DNA from: an uncultured Alphaproteobacteria bacterium
GTDB lineage: Bacteria > Pseudomonadota > Alphaproteobacteria > CAAHEQ01 > UBA3637
Assembly (NCBI GenBank): GCA_947624545.1
Contig: CANQKV010000003.1
Span: 1 to 51,910 of the forward strand
DNA: 51,910 nucleotides
Direction of reading: 5' to 3'
The notes beneath the pieces were generated by a model. That model made no database searches, was not told where the DNA came from, and saw only the letters and a list, made by a program, of their open reading frames with translations. The position numbers and the translations under genes were made by a program. Shown piece after piece: positions 29,208 through 38,782 of this stretch; positions within the stretch are counted from its first letter, which is position 1, and the number at the start of each line of letters is the position of its first letter.

Positions 29208-31535
29208 TTATTTATGAATACGTCGCCGATTTTTACGCTTGTTGGCTTTGTCATTCTGATTGTTTTCTTCATGAACGACTTTTGCGTTATTTTCATTTGA
29301 AGCGTTATCGGCAACCGCCGCATTGTTTGCTTTATCCGCATTTTGAGCGTTGTTACCTTTATCTGCATTTTGAGCATTATCGGCAGCCGCATTGTTTGCT
29401 TTATCCGCATTTTGAGGATTGTTGCCTTTATCCGCATTTTGAGCGTTATCGGCTTTATTCGCATTTTGAGCGTTGTTACCTTTATCCGCATTTTGAGGAT
29501 TGTTGTCGGCTTTTTGAGAATTGTTTTCCTCTTTGGCAGCAGGCTCCTTGTCCTTTTTCTTTTGCGGTTCAACCCGATGATCAACCTGATGATACCGTCC
29601 GTCGCTTTCCTTTTGGAAATATTCTTCACCGTATTTATCCCATCTTAAATTTAACGCAACATCATCAAAATCCAAAATGGTAGCATAATCGGTAAACTTA
29701 TTATCAACATTCCGATACAAGCGATAAGGAGATGTTTGTACCAATGTGTCTGTCCAATATTTATGCGTAACGGGAATCTCGACTTTCTTGAAGTTTTCTT
29801 GTTCCTGTGCGAGCGCTTCATCATATTCCAAGATTTGGAAACCGTCAATGTTTTTAATTTTGCTCTTAATTATTTCCACACTCGGATTCAGTTTTGCCGC
29901 TTCATCAATTCGCTTGGAAAGATCCGAATCGATTAAGTAGAAATATTCTTTAAACGGTACAAATCCCGCTAAAATATTTTCACGAACCTGGTTGACCAAT
30001 TTTTCGGTTTTCGATGAGGGTCGATTTAAAAAGCCGTAGTTCACGTTTTTATTATGGCGTATTGCCCAACGCCACATATCACGATAATTATCGTTATGCG
30101 CAAAGATAAAAACGTTTTTGTATTGTTTATCCAAGCGATCCCATTCTTCCGATTTAAACGGATGGGTTATCGTGTAGGGGTGACGAATATAATCGGATTT
30201 TCCTTTATAGTTCGGATATAAATCCCAAATTTGAACGACAAGCAAAAACGGTAACAGCAGATAAGCAAATTGCGGAAAAGTTTTTCCTGCCGTTTTAATC
30301 AGGAAAAATGCCAATAAATACCATATCGGCCAGAAGAAACGTCCGGAATAGCGGAAAACACTGCCGATCCAATCAATAATCGGACCGGGATTATAATCAA
30401 CTAAAACCAGTGTGCCGTATTTAACCTGACTGGATAAAGAATAAATGAAAAAACCTGCCAATAATAAAGCAATCAGCGCATTTTTCTTTAAGTTTTCCAT
30501 TTTGAAAAGATGCTTGATATGCGGAAAGAACATAATCAACAAAATCAATAAGCCGAATCCGAAATAATTGTCGGCATCAAAATCGTCTTTCAGTCTGGGT
30601 GTTATTGCTGAAAAAACACGTGATTGACTCCAAATCGGATTAAATAAGGCTGCTAAATTTAAGCCGAACAAGCGCCAACCGCCACTGGTTAATACTTGTT
30701 CTTTTTCAACCATACCCAACAAGTAAAACCAGAACAGAAACACACACGCCAGGCAAGTTATGCCCCAAAGAATCGTGCCGAGTCGCACTTCTTTATCAAA
30801 CCAATATTTTTTCAAAATTAAAATGAAAAAGAAACCGCCGACCATCGGTAAAAAGTAGGGGCAAGTCAACGTGGCAAGCGAAAGAATAATGCCCATTGCC
30901 AACCATTCGTTTTTTGTCAGCTTATCGTTTAACCATAAATAAATTGCCCATAATAATATAAATTGACACATAAGGTTAATGTGAACAAAAACGCGCATCA
31001 GCATAATCGGCGCGGTAACGAAAAACAAAGCGCCGATAATAACTAAAAACTTGTTTTTAAAGGCTTTTCTGAAAATTAAAACCGAAAAAACAGCTTGCAA
31101 CGTATAGCTGATTAACATCCAAATACCCACAAACTGTGTTTCGGCAGAAAGTCCGAAAAACTTATGAAATACCTTAAAAATAAGAGAAAGCAAGGGGCTG
31201 CCGTCCGTTCCGTGAACGGAAATGCCGTAAGGATATGCCAGATTCATATGTGTAAAAATCGGCCATCGCCATTCATCCAATCGATAAAAAACACTGCCTA
31301 AATATGAAACCGTAAAATCACCGCCCACAAGAACGAAATCTGTATTATAAACGTCCAGAACGGTAAAACCGAACATAACGAAAAAGGCGATTAAGGTCAG
31401 TCCTACCGTCACGATCATATCGCAGTTGGGATAAATAAAATTTATCAGCTTCGAATAAAATCGACCCAATTTTGTGTTTTGATTTTCCCGAAATTTAAAA
31501 CGGAAGAGCTTTGATGTATCCAGAACAATTTTCAT
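29208..31535 (-). CDS. Polytopic membrane protein, DUF6311/GT-C glycosyltransferase-like, with C-terminal HxxW module and repeat tail
   Basis: GGD...WRWP...YPYG...TDGSPL, FRYSGRFFWP, YFGFG, VQIWDL; more than 10 TM helices. Confidence 0.7.
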   Translation of the reverse strand: MKIVLDTSKLFRFKFRENQNTKLGRFYSKLINFIYPNCDMIVTVGLTLIAFFVMFGFTVLDVYNTDFVLVGGDFTVSYLGSVFYRLDEWRWPIFTHMNLAYPYGISVHGTDGSPLLSLIFKVFHKFFGLSAETQFVGIWMLISYTLQAVFSVLIFRKAFKNKFLVIIGALFFVTAPIMLMRVFVHINLMCQFILLWAIYLWLNDKLTKNEWLAMGIILSLATLTCPYFLPMVGGFFFILILKKYWFDKEVRLGTILWGITCLACVFLFWFYLLGMVEKEQVLTSGGWRLFGLNLAALFNPIWSQSRVFSAITPRLKDDFDADNYFGFGLLILLIMFFPHIKHLFKMENLKKNALIALLLAGFFIYSLSSQVKYGTLVLVDYNPGPIIDWIGSVFRYSGRFFWPIWYLLAFFLIKTAGKTFPQFAYLLLPFLLVVQIWDLYPNYKGKSDYIRHPYTITHPFKSEEWDRLDKQYKNVFIFAHNDNYRDMWRWAIRHNKNVNYGFLNRPSSKTEKLVNQVRENILAGFVPFKEYFYLIDSDLSKRIDEAAKLNPSVEIIKSKIKNIDGFQILEYDEALAQEQENFKKVEIPVTHKYWTDTLVQTSPYRLYRNVDNKFTDYATILDFDDVALNLRWDKYGEEYFQKESDGRYHQVDHRVEPQKKKDKEPAAKEENNSQKADNNPQNADKGNNAQNANKADNAQNADKGNNPQNADKANNAAADNAQNADKGNNAQNADKANNAAVADNASNENNAKVVHEENNQNDKANKRKNRRRIHK
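29305..29518 (-). repeat. Intragenic ~27-bp tandem repeat encoding NADK(G/A)NN(A/P)Q
   Basis: Repeated TTTATCCGCATTTTGAG cores on the + strand; about 6-7 imperfect units. Confidence 0.9.
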
Positions 31536-31665
31536 TTTTTCCCCTCTTGTTTCAGTGTGATTAAAAGTTAGTTTTCTTTTTATACCATATTTTATAAAAT
31601 ATCAATAAAAAAATATGTTTTTTTTAAAAAAAATATGTTTCGTGCCGAATAAAGGGGCGGCACAC

Positions 31666-31698
31666 AAAAAAACCGCTCTCGAAAGGAAAGCGGTTTTT
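31666..31698 (-). terminator. Rho-independent terminator after ferredoxin
   Basis: AAAACCGCT...AGCGGTTTTT hairpin. Confidence 0.7.
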
Positions 31699-31716
31699 AT
31701 AAATGTTATTAAAGAG

Positions 31717-31953
31717 TTATGCTTTCGGCCATTCGGCAGATTGTCGAGCATTAAACTCAATCCACTTGTCATCGGCCTCATCGGAAGAGGAGATGGCACC
31801 TTGCGGACATTCGGAAATACAAACACCACATTCAATGCAATCATCGGGATTCACAACCACTTGCGAATCACCTTCATGAAAAGCGCCAACAGGGCATACT
31901 TCCGTACAACTCTTACATAAAACACATTTATCACCATTAACAACTGACGGCAT
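31717..31953 (-). CDS. Dicluster 4Fe-4S ferredoxin
   Basis: Two CxxCxxCxxxCP motifs; GGAGG RBS. Confidence 0.95.
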   Translation of the reverse strand: MPSVVNGDKCVLCKSCTEVCPVGAFHEGDSQVVVNPDDCIECGVCISECPQGAISSSDEADDKWIEFNARQSAEWPKA

Positions 31954-32091
31954 AATTCCTCCTTTTTTTATTGTTGTTACGATTTAAAAACTCTTATCAC
32001 AGAAAATAAAATTAAGCAAGTCTTTTTTTCATATTTTTGTATTTTTTAAGTCATTTTAATAAAATAAGGCAATTACCGAAATGAAAGTCGG

Positions 32092-32916
32092 TTATAATTC
32101 GGGTTTTAAATCGGAAGGAGTATCCCAATATTTTTCTTTTTCGTGAACGGGCATATACAATACGTTATATGTTTGCACCTGATATCCGAGCGGGTTTGTG
32201 CTGGACGGAATGCCGTTTTGATTGATTCGAATAATCACGCGAAAGCGTTGGCGTGCCAAAGCATTTTGTGTTTTGCATTCAATACATGTCTTTGAGTTGT
32301 CTTCACACGGGCAAAGCGGATTAAAAGCATTCGGAATGGGCATATCAAACGTATCAAACACGCCTTCCCACGTGTTTCCGTGAACGCGTTGTAATTCATA
32401 AATATGCACATCGCGGACAAAGCCTTTTGTTCGGGATTCGTTATACATTAAATCGGCTTCTGCCTGAAACGGCGCATAAACTTGTTTGTGATTGGAAAAT
32501 ACGGAAACGGGACCGGCGCTGCCCCACCGTTTTTGCATAGCCGCATTATCCCAAACAATTTCATTTCGATATTTAATATAGTCGCGTAAAATCGATTCGA
32601 TATACAAACGGCTTGCCGAAACGGTTATTTCTTCATATTCTGCCGGTAAAATAACTTTGCGCGACGAATCAATGGTATATAAATTGACGGCACGGCGATT
32701 GGCAATGGATATATCAACACGATCGGCGGAATAAATGACAAATGAGGCAATTAAAATGGTTAAAGCAATATTGATTATAATAATTACCGCCAGAAAACGC
32801 GCTGTTTTCATATACCGCCGTTCGGGCAGGGCTTTAACTTGCATATATTCGGGATAAGCACCTAACACATCGGGCGAATTCGTATTTTTCGGTGCAAATA
32901 AAAACCCTAGACGCAT
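32092..32916 (-). CDS. VirB8/TrbF-like bitopic membrane protein
   Basis: Single TM, LRDYIKYR helix, C-terminal NPLGYQVQTY matching the VirB8 NPxG motif. Confidence 0.65.
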   Translation of the reverse strand: MRLGFLFAPKNTNSPDVLGAYPEYMQVKALPERRYMKTARFLAVIIIINIALTILIASFVIYSADRVDISIANRRAVNLYTIDSSRKVILPAEYEEITVSASRLYIESILRDYIKYRNEIVWDNAAMQKRWGSAGPVSVFSNHKQVYAPFQAEADLMYNESRTKGFVRDVHIYELQRVHGNTWEGVFDTFDMPIPNAFNPLCPCEDNSKTCIECKTQNALARQRFRVIIRINQNGIPSSTNPLGYQVQTYNVLYMPVHEKEKYWDTPSDLKPEL

Positions 32917-32928
32917 TTTCTCCTCTTT

Positions 32929-33384
32929 TTAATAATAATTTTTTGCGGCGCTTGTGTTTTTGCTGAGTGAAACATCGAAAATCACTTCTGTGCCGTTCAG
33001 TGAAGAAGAACCAAGCAAAATCATTGCGACACGGTTATCTTTGGCATACGTTAAATAACTGTTGGTTGCGCGAATACTTGTCAACTCCTGCCAGCCGAAT
33101 TTCGGCATTTCCTGCATATAAAAATCAAACATATTCGCTTGATTATACGGCACTTTAAAAGCCAATCGACCGATGAGCGGATCATTGCCGAACAATAATG
33201 TTTTATCCAAACTCATGGTTGCGTTTTCGGGAATGGGAATCTCGCGAAATTGCGCAAAATTAGGGGTTGATTGCATGACGCCGTTTTCAAATGTGTTTTC
33301 TGACTTAAATGAAGGTTGAATGCTTTCATTGTGACAAGCACTCAAAAAAACAAAACTGCTTAAAATAAAAAGTATTGCGCGCAT
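32929..33384 (-). CDS. Putative lipoprotein
   Basis: Lipobox LSA-C; FREIPIP and FY...MPKFGW motifs. Confidence 0.75.
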   Translation of the reverse strand: MRAILFILSSFVFLSACHNESIQPSFKSENTFENGVMQSTPNFAQFREIPIPENATMSLDKTLLFGNDPLIGRLAFKVPYNQANMFDFYMQEMPKFGWQELTSIRATNSYLTYAKDNRVAMILLGSSSLNGTEVIFDVSLSKNTSAAKNYY

Positions 33385-33490
33385 TTTTTATCCTTTCGTA
33401 ATTTAAGAATAAAATAAACTTAAAAATAAATCAAGAGATTTTTATAGAAATCGGCGTTTAAAAAAGCTTTTCTTCATTCAAAAAAGGTAT

Positions 33491-33525
33491 AAAAAAACCT
33501 CTTCCCGAAAAAGAGAAGAGGCTTT
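33491..33525 (-). terminator. Rho-independent terminator after pal
   Basis: CCTCTTC...GAAGAGG stem followed by a T run on the - strand. Confidence 0.7.
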
Positions 33526-33536
33526 GTTTTGAAATT

Positions 33537-34031
33537 TTAATAAGCAACCGTTGTGGCACTTCTGTTTTGAGCCCAAGCTTCTTCGGAGGAACCCAAAACG
33601 ACCGGACGTTCTTTACCGTAAGAGATAACCCGAATCCGATCAGATGAAATACCTTGCGCCATTAAGTAATTGCGCGCTGCCATGGCACGACGTTCTCCTA
33701 ATGCCAGGTTGTATTCGCGTGTGCCGCGTTCATCGCAACGACCTTCAATTACAACTAAAACCCGGGGATGATCAGCCAACCATTTTGCTTGTTCAGCCAA
33801 GTTTTGGCGCGCATCGGCCGTTAAATCGGAACTGTCTAACAAGAAATACACAACACTCGGTGTTTCATCGCGGAACTTTTGTGTGTTTTCCGTTTCTTGT
33901 AAATCGGCGATATTGACATCATCATTCCAACCGCCGTTGCCGTTACCGTATAAATCGGCACCGTCTTTTTTTGTTGCACAAGCACTCAACAGCGACATTG
34001 CGCAAATTAAAGCAAATAATTTTTTAAACAT
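33537..34031 (-). CDS. pal: Peptidoglycan-associated lipoprotein (OmpA-like domain)
   Basis: Lipobox LSA-C; DERGTREYNLALGERRA, ISYGKERP, WAQNR; start ATG 34031 after GAGG. Confidence 0.93.
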   Translation of the reverse strand: MFKKLFALICAMSLLSACATKKDGADLYGNGNGGWNDDVNIADLQETENTQKFRDETPSVVYFLLDSSDLTADARQNLAEQAKWLADHPRVLVVIEGRCDERGTREYNLALGERRAMAARNYLMAQGISSDRIRVISYGKERPVVLGSSEEAWAQNRSATTVAY

Positions 34032-34220
34032 TTTTTCCTCTTTCATTGATAAAGTTTTCGGCGGCGTTTTGGCGTTTGGGGATATATTAAACATCAATTT
34101 ATTCCGTTTGGCGTTCAGCGTCGCGTTTTCGATTGTATCAAAACATAAAGGCGATTGAAAGTCAAGGTTTTTTTTCAAAAACGGGATATAAATATGAAAA
34201 AAATTTGAAAACAGGTGTTT

Positions 34221-35411
34221 TTATTGAATGCCTTTTTGATATTTTAATTGATTTCCGTCGTTTTCTTTTATAAATACTTCCGTGCCGTAATGATCCCATT
34301 TAATCGTGACGGTCTCATTATCTTCACGGATGATTTTGCCTGTTTCTTCCGGTATATCCACGCGATAAAAGTTTTTTTTGTCTTTAAAGCGAATCCAATC
34401 TGTCCAATTCGGATGAGAGACAAAAATATCATCTTTTAATATTTTGTTTTTAACACACGAAAAATCATAAGCTTTTTTCAAAACAGTCTGATTGAGTATT
34501 TTTAATTTTTCATTTGATTCGATCATTTTTTGATAAATGAGACATTTATGTTCCGTACTCACATACATGCTTAACCAATTATACGGCACATCTTCCCAAA
34601 AAGGCTTAATTTTTTCCAGTTGAATTTGTTTATATGATTCATTTTGAATTCTGTGATATGAAGGGGGACGTTCGACATTTTTAACATAGCCGAAATACAA
34701 AAGTTTTTCATTGATTTTTGTTATTTTACCGCCTTTGTTTAAAATATCTTTCCATAAACCGCTGTCTTCGGCGTATAAATATTTCGGGTTATATCGTAAA
34801 TGATGCTTATTTAAGAAATCACGACGCATCATAACGGTCGGATGCACAACACCCGATGTAAAATAAGTACTTAAAGCAATTTCATCGGGCGAACTCAGTC
34901 GGGGCGGTGTCAGCGGTTTTCCCGGCTCGATATCCGATCGGTATATATCGCCGCCCAACACGACAATATCGGGATTTTCATTCATTGCCCATACTTGCCG
35001 TTCCAACCGATACGAAACGGATTTGTCGTCATCGTCCATACGGGCAATATATTTACCGCGTGCTTTATCCAATCCGCGATTGAGCGAATAAATCAGCCCT
35101 TGATTGATTTCATTTTTTAAAGGTTTAATGCGCGAATCTTTTTTTGCGTAATTTTGAATTATTTTCCATGTTCTGTCGGTTGAACCGTCATCGATAATAA
35201 TGAATTCGAAATCTTTAAATGTTTGTTGCAGAATCGATTCAATGGCGGTCGGCAAAGCATGTTCGCGATTGAAAGTTGACATCACGACGGAAACTTCGGG
35301 CTGATGTTTCAAATGTTCAATAAAATCATGCGGATTAAAGTATTGTCTCGATAGAAAACCCGATAGAAAAACAAAAATCAAGCTGATAATAAAATAAACT
35401 GTTTTCTTCAT
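34221..35411 (-). CDS. Glycosyltransferase family 2 with N-terminal TM anchor and C-terminal HxxW module
   Basis: VSVVMSTFN, IIIDDGSTD, ARMDDDD, HPTVMMR, AED. Confidence 0.93.
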   Translation of the reverse strand: MKKTVYFIISLIFVFLSGFLSRQYFNPHDFIEHLKHQPEVSVVMSTFNREHALPTAIESILQQTFKDFEFIIIDDGSTDRTWKIIQNYAKKDSRIKPLKNEINQGLIYSLNRGLDKARGKYIARMDDDDKSVSYRLERQVWAMNENPDIVVLGGDIYRSDIEPGKPLTPPRLSSPDEIALSTYFTSGVVHPTVMMRRDFLNKHHLRYNPKYLYAEDSGLWKDILNKGGKITKINEKLLYFGYVKNVERPPSYHRIQNESYKQIQLEKIKPFWEDVPYNWLSMYVSTEHKCLIYQKMIESNEKLKILNQTVLKKAYDFSCVKNKILKDDIFVSHPNWTDWIRFKDKKNFYRVDIPEETGKIIREDNETVTIKWDHYGTEVFIKENDGNQLKYQKGIQ

Positions 35412-35442
35412 GGAAAGAACTTCGTAAAATTATTTTGTCTTC

Positions 35443-36630
35443 TTATTGAATTCTCCACCGTTTTCCGCCGTTTTCTTTGGTAAACACTTCCGTACCGTAG
35501 TGATCCCATTTGATTGTGACGGTCTTATCATCTTCATGAGTGATTTTACCTGTTTCGGTCGGGATATTTAAACGGACAATCGTTTTATCTTTGGGATTGA
35601 CATAAATAAAGTCATTCCAGAATTTGTGAATGGTTTTGATTGCACCTGCCATCAATTCATTTTTTGTGCAAACAGCCTTTTTCCTCTTTTCAAGTATATC
35701 CTGATTTAAAATATGTAATTGCTCATTTTTTTGAACCATATTTGTGAGAATGATACACTTGTCTGTATTGTTGTTGAAGGCGCCCAATATTTCATAAGGT
35801 GCATCGAAAAAAGGCGCTAATTTTTCTTTTTGAACTAATTTAAACGTTTCACCTTGAATATAGCGATATTTGTCCGGATGCGTAACGTTTTTGATATATC
35901 CGAGATATAATAAGCCCTCGTCAAGTGAAGAAATTTTACCGCCTTTATTCAAGATATCCTTATAAAGACCGGTATCTTCGGCATAGAGATATTTGGAATT
36001 ATATCGAATGTGATGTTTTTCCAAAAAGTCACGCCGAATCATAATGGTCGGATGTGCCAGTGCTGAAGAAAAATAAGTGTTGATGGCAATTTCATCCGGA
36101 TCATTAATCAAGGGATAAGAATGTAACCGTTTCGGAACGGCATCGGCGTTTAAGATAGCTGTGCCCAACACGACAATATCGGGATTTTCTTCCATTGCCC
36201 ATACTTGCCGTTCCAATCGATACGAAACGGATTTGTCGTCATCGTCCATACGGGCAATATATTTACCGCGTGCTTTATCCAATCCGCGATTAAGGGAATA
36301 AATCAAACCTTTGTTTTTTTCGTTTTTAAGGGGAACAATGCGTTTATCCTTTTTCGCATAAGATTGAATAAGTTTCCATGTATTGTCGGTTGAACCGTCA
36401 TCGATGATAATAAATTCAAAATCTTCAAATGTTTGTTGAAGAATCGATTCAATGGCGGTCGGCAAAGCGTGTTCACGATTGAAAGTTGACATTATAACGG
36501 AAACGACAGGCTTGTGGAAAAGATGATAAATAGACGGAAATAATAACTTTTCACTAAATATTCCGGCACAAAAAACGACGATTGTATATAAAATACCGAT
36601 GAGTGCTCTCATGATTTTTGATTTTTTCAT
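35443..36630 (-). CDS. Glycosyltransferase family 2 (paralog of the adjacent gene)
   Basis: Same GT-A motifs; start ATG 36630 after GAGGGG. Confidence 0.93.
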   Translation of the reverse strand: MKKSKIMRALIGILYTIVVFCAGIFSEKLLFPSIYHLFHKPVVSVIMSTFNREHALPTAIESILQQTFEDFEFIIIDDGSTDNTWKLIQSYAKKDKRIVPLKNEKNKGLIYSLNRGLDKARGKYIARMDDDDKSVSYRLERQVWAMEENPDIVVLGTAILNADAVPKRLHSYPLINDPDEIAINTYFSSALAHPTIMIRRDFLEKHHIRYNSKYLYAEDTGLYKDILNKGGKISSLDEGLLYLGYIKNVTHPDKYRYIQGETFKLVQKEKLAPFFDAPYEILGAFNNNTDKCIILTNMVQKNEQLHILNQDILEKRKKAVCTKNELMAGAIKTIHKFWNDFIYVNPKDKTIVRLNIPTETGKITHEDDKTVTIKWDHYGTEVFTKENGGKRWRIQ

Positions 36631-36694
36631 ATTCCCCTCACATAAATAATAATGTTTTTTTCTAGCATACTCCGAATAAAAAAGCAATAAAAAA

Positions 36695-38560
36695 TTAATG
36701 AATGGGAAAAAGAAAATTGTTTTCATAAAATTGAATCGGCACAACGGCATAATAAAAAGTGGCAGGAATTATGGCACGATAAACTTCTTCGCCTTTATTC
36801 AAACGCATGACAATCGTATTTCCACGGGTGCGATTATGTTCAATCGGAACGGTGGTTGCCGATACCCAAATTTCCTTTGTCACGGGATGAATATAAACAA
36901 GGGATCCCATTTCGGCATGAAAGTTTAAATCTTTCAGAAAAAGCTGATGAACGGTTCGTTTTTTATCATTGATTTTATAAATTGAGGCATATGAATTTTT
37001 TGTTGTTTTAAGCTTTTTATCGAATAATTCACCGGAATTGTCAAAAATAGAGTAAATCCCGTTGCCGGCATATAAAACATTATGTGTTTTTAAAGGCCAT
37101 TTAAAATCGGGAACGGTTTCGATTCCTTCTTGCACGGCTTGCGGATACGGTTTGCCGTTTTTGTCGACAACCGTTAAAACTTTATTTTTCAGTGAACCGT
37201 TTTTTCCGTTTCTGCCTGATTTATTCACTTGTTGATGCGGTGTAAACCACCACAGAAGCTTTTTTGTTTTTTCATCGATTTTGGCAATACCGAAGTGACG
37301 CCCCGATACAATAACGGCTTTGTTTTCGGCATCATAGGTAATGCCGTTGGTATGCGCCCAATCTATTTTATTATAATCATATTCCGTGGATTTGACAATT
37401 AACGATCGATCGGGATTAAGCATTTCCGCCAAATCATAACGTGCCACTTCTTTCCCCGTTTCATAATCTAACTCTAAAACAAAATCGCGATGAGTTGGCA
37501 AATTTTTCCCGTCAATAAGCGCCGTTGTGTTGTTAAATGAGCCGAAAACAAGCAAATTGCCGTTCGGTTTGTGTCCCATGCCGTGAACATAAGTGTAAAA
37601 ATTAGCAGGGTAAGAATAATGCTTTTCCAATTCGCCGAGCAGATTATAGCGATTAATGCCGTTTGGATATTCCGCAAAAATTTTATCTTTGAAAAAATAG
37701 GCATGATGTCCGTTAGGCAGGTTTAAAAAATAGCGTAAATGTCCTTTTTCATCATAAACATCGCCATTGTATGAAGCGTAATAATAAAATTGATTGTCTG
37801 TTTTGCGCTGAACAAACCATTGCGTTGTTAAAGGAATATTTCCCGTTTGAACGTGAACGGTATTTTTTTGAATGGATTTATCTTCAAATTCCGCCGTAAT
37901 CGTTACGGTGTTTTCATAATTGGCATATAAGCCTAAAACAGGCAGAGAATGTTCGTTTTCAAAGGTAGGGAATGTATGAGTAATATCGGGCGAATCGTCT
38001 TTGCCGTGAATGGTTAAAGTAATACGGGCTTTTTGCTTTGTCGGAAACTTTATAAGTGCCGTCAGCGGAGCGATTTTATAGGGATTAACCAGAATAAACG
38101 GCTCTTTTAAAGAATAATCGAAGGAAGAATAGTTTTGCTCAATTTCTTCCGTTATCGGTGTGTTCAAAGTTTTTTGCAAAACATAAGAATTTTTTTTGTC
38201 AGATTGAATAAATATTTCCCAAGGCCATTTTTCCCATTTCACGATGATTTGATTGTCTTTAAAAACAACAAAGGCGCAGTCGTTGTATCCCGTGTTTCGG
38301 CAAAAGCGATTATTGACTATTTTAACCGTTTCGCGCCAGTATATATGTATTAAAGTGATTTGTAAATCATCGGATGATGAGTCGTTTTGTTGAGTTTTTG
38401 ATTCTTTATTCGGAAGAGGGGATTTGTCGGCATAGATATTGTCAATAACGGTCAAACTTCCGATGACGAGTGCTGCAACAAGCAATGTGATTGATAGAAA
38501 GCATAAAAACACGTGATGATGAATGATTTTGCATAAATCACTTTTTAGTTGTTTTGTCAT
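36695..38560 (-). CDS. Arylsulfate sulfotransferase (ASST) family protein
   Basis: NPYKIAPLTA, PVLGLY (Ig-like N-domain), DWAHTNGI, SGRH, HNV, FDN; N-terminal TM. Confidence 0.88.
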   Translation of the reverse strand: MTKQLKSDLCKIIHHHVFLCFLSITLLVAALVIGSLTVIDNIYADKSPLPNKESKTQQNDSSSDDLQITLIHIYWRETVKIVNNRFCRNTGYNDCAFVVFKDNQIIVKWEKWPWEIFIQSDKKNSYVLQKTLNTPITEEIEQNYSSFDYSLKEPFILVNPYKIAPLTALIKFPTKQKARITLTIHGKDDSPDITHTFPTFENEHSLPVLGLYANYENTVTITAEFEDKSIQKNTVHVQTGNIPLTTQWFVQRKTDNQFYYYASYNGDVYDEKGHLRYFLNLPNGHHAYFFKDKIFAEYPNGINRYNLLGELEKHYSYPANFYTYVHGMGHKPNGNLLVFGSFNNTTALIDGKNLPTHRDFVLELDYETGKEVARYDLAEMLNPDRSLIVKSTEYDYNKIDWAHTNGITYDAENKAVIVSGRHFGIAKIDEKTKKLLWWFTPHQQVNKSGRNGKNGSLKNKVLTVVDKNGKPYPQAVQEGIETVPDFKWPLKTHNVLYAGNGIYSIFDNSGELFDKKLKTTKNSYASIYKINDKKRTVHQLFLKDLNFHAEMGSLVYIHPVTKEIWVSATTVPIEHNRTRGNTIVMRLNKGEEVYRAIIPATFYYAVVPIQFYENNFLFPIH

Positions 38561-38710
38561 CGGTTACTGTTCCCCCCTCAAATCATTTGAATCGAAACAT
38601 AAGCGAATATCTTGATATTCTTTTTCAAAAAAAACTTACCATTCTTTATACTTAAAGTCAAGTTTTAAAAAACACTTTAAAAAATTTAACGGTAGTGCGT
38701 ATCATTTTGC

Positions 38711-38782
38711 TTGACAAATTTTAAAAGATAATATATAATCTATAAAAGATAAAAAATCGAAATAAGAGATAATATAATGTCT
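38711..38782 (+). promoter_or_regulatory. Consensus sigma70 promoter of hipBA with two AGAT-N8-RTCT operator-like sites
   Basis: TTGACA(38711)-17-TATAAT(38734); palindromes at 38726-38741 and 38767-38782. Confidence 0.65.

Noticed and set aside
29138-29683. Repetitive ORFs 29138-29683 (+), 29183-29629 (-) and 29343-29648 (+)
   Set aside because: Shadow frames of the 27-bp repeat inside the 775-aa gene
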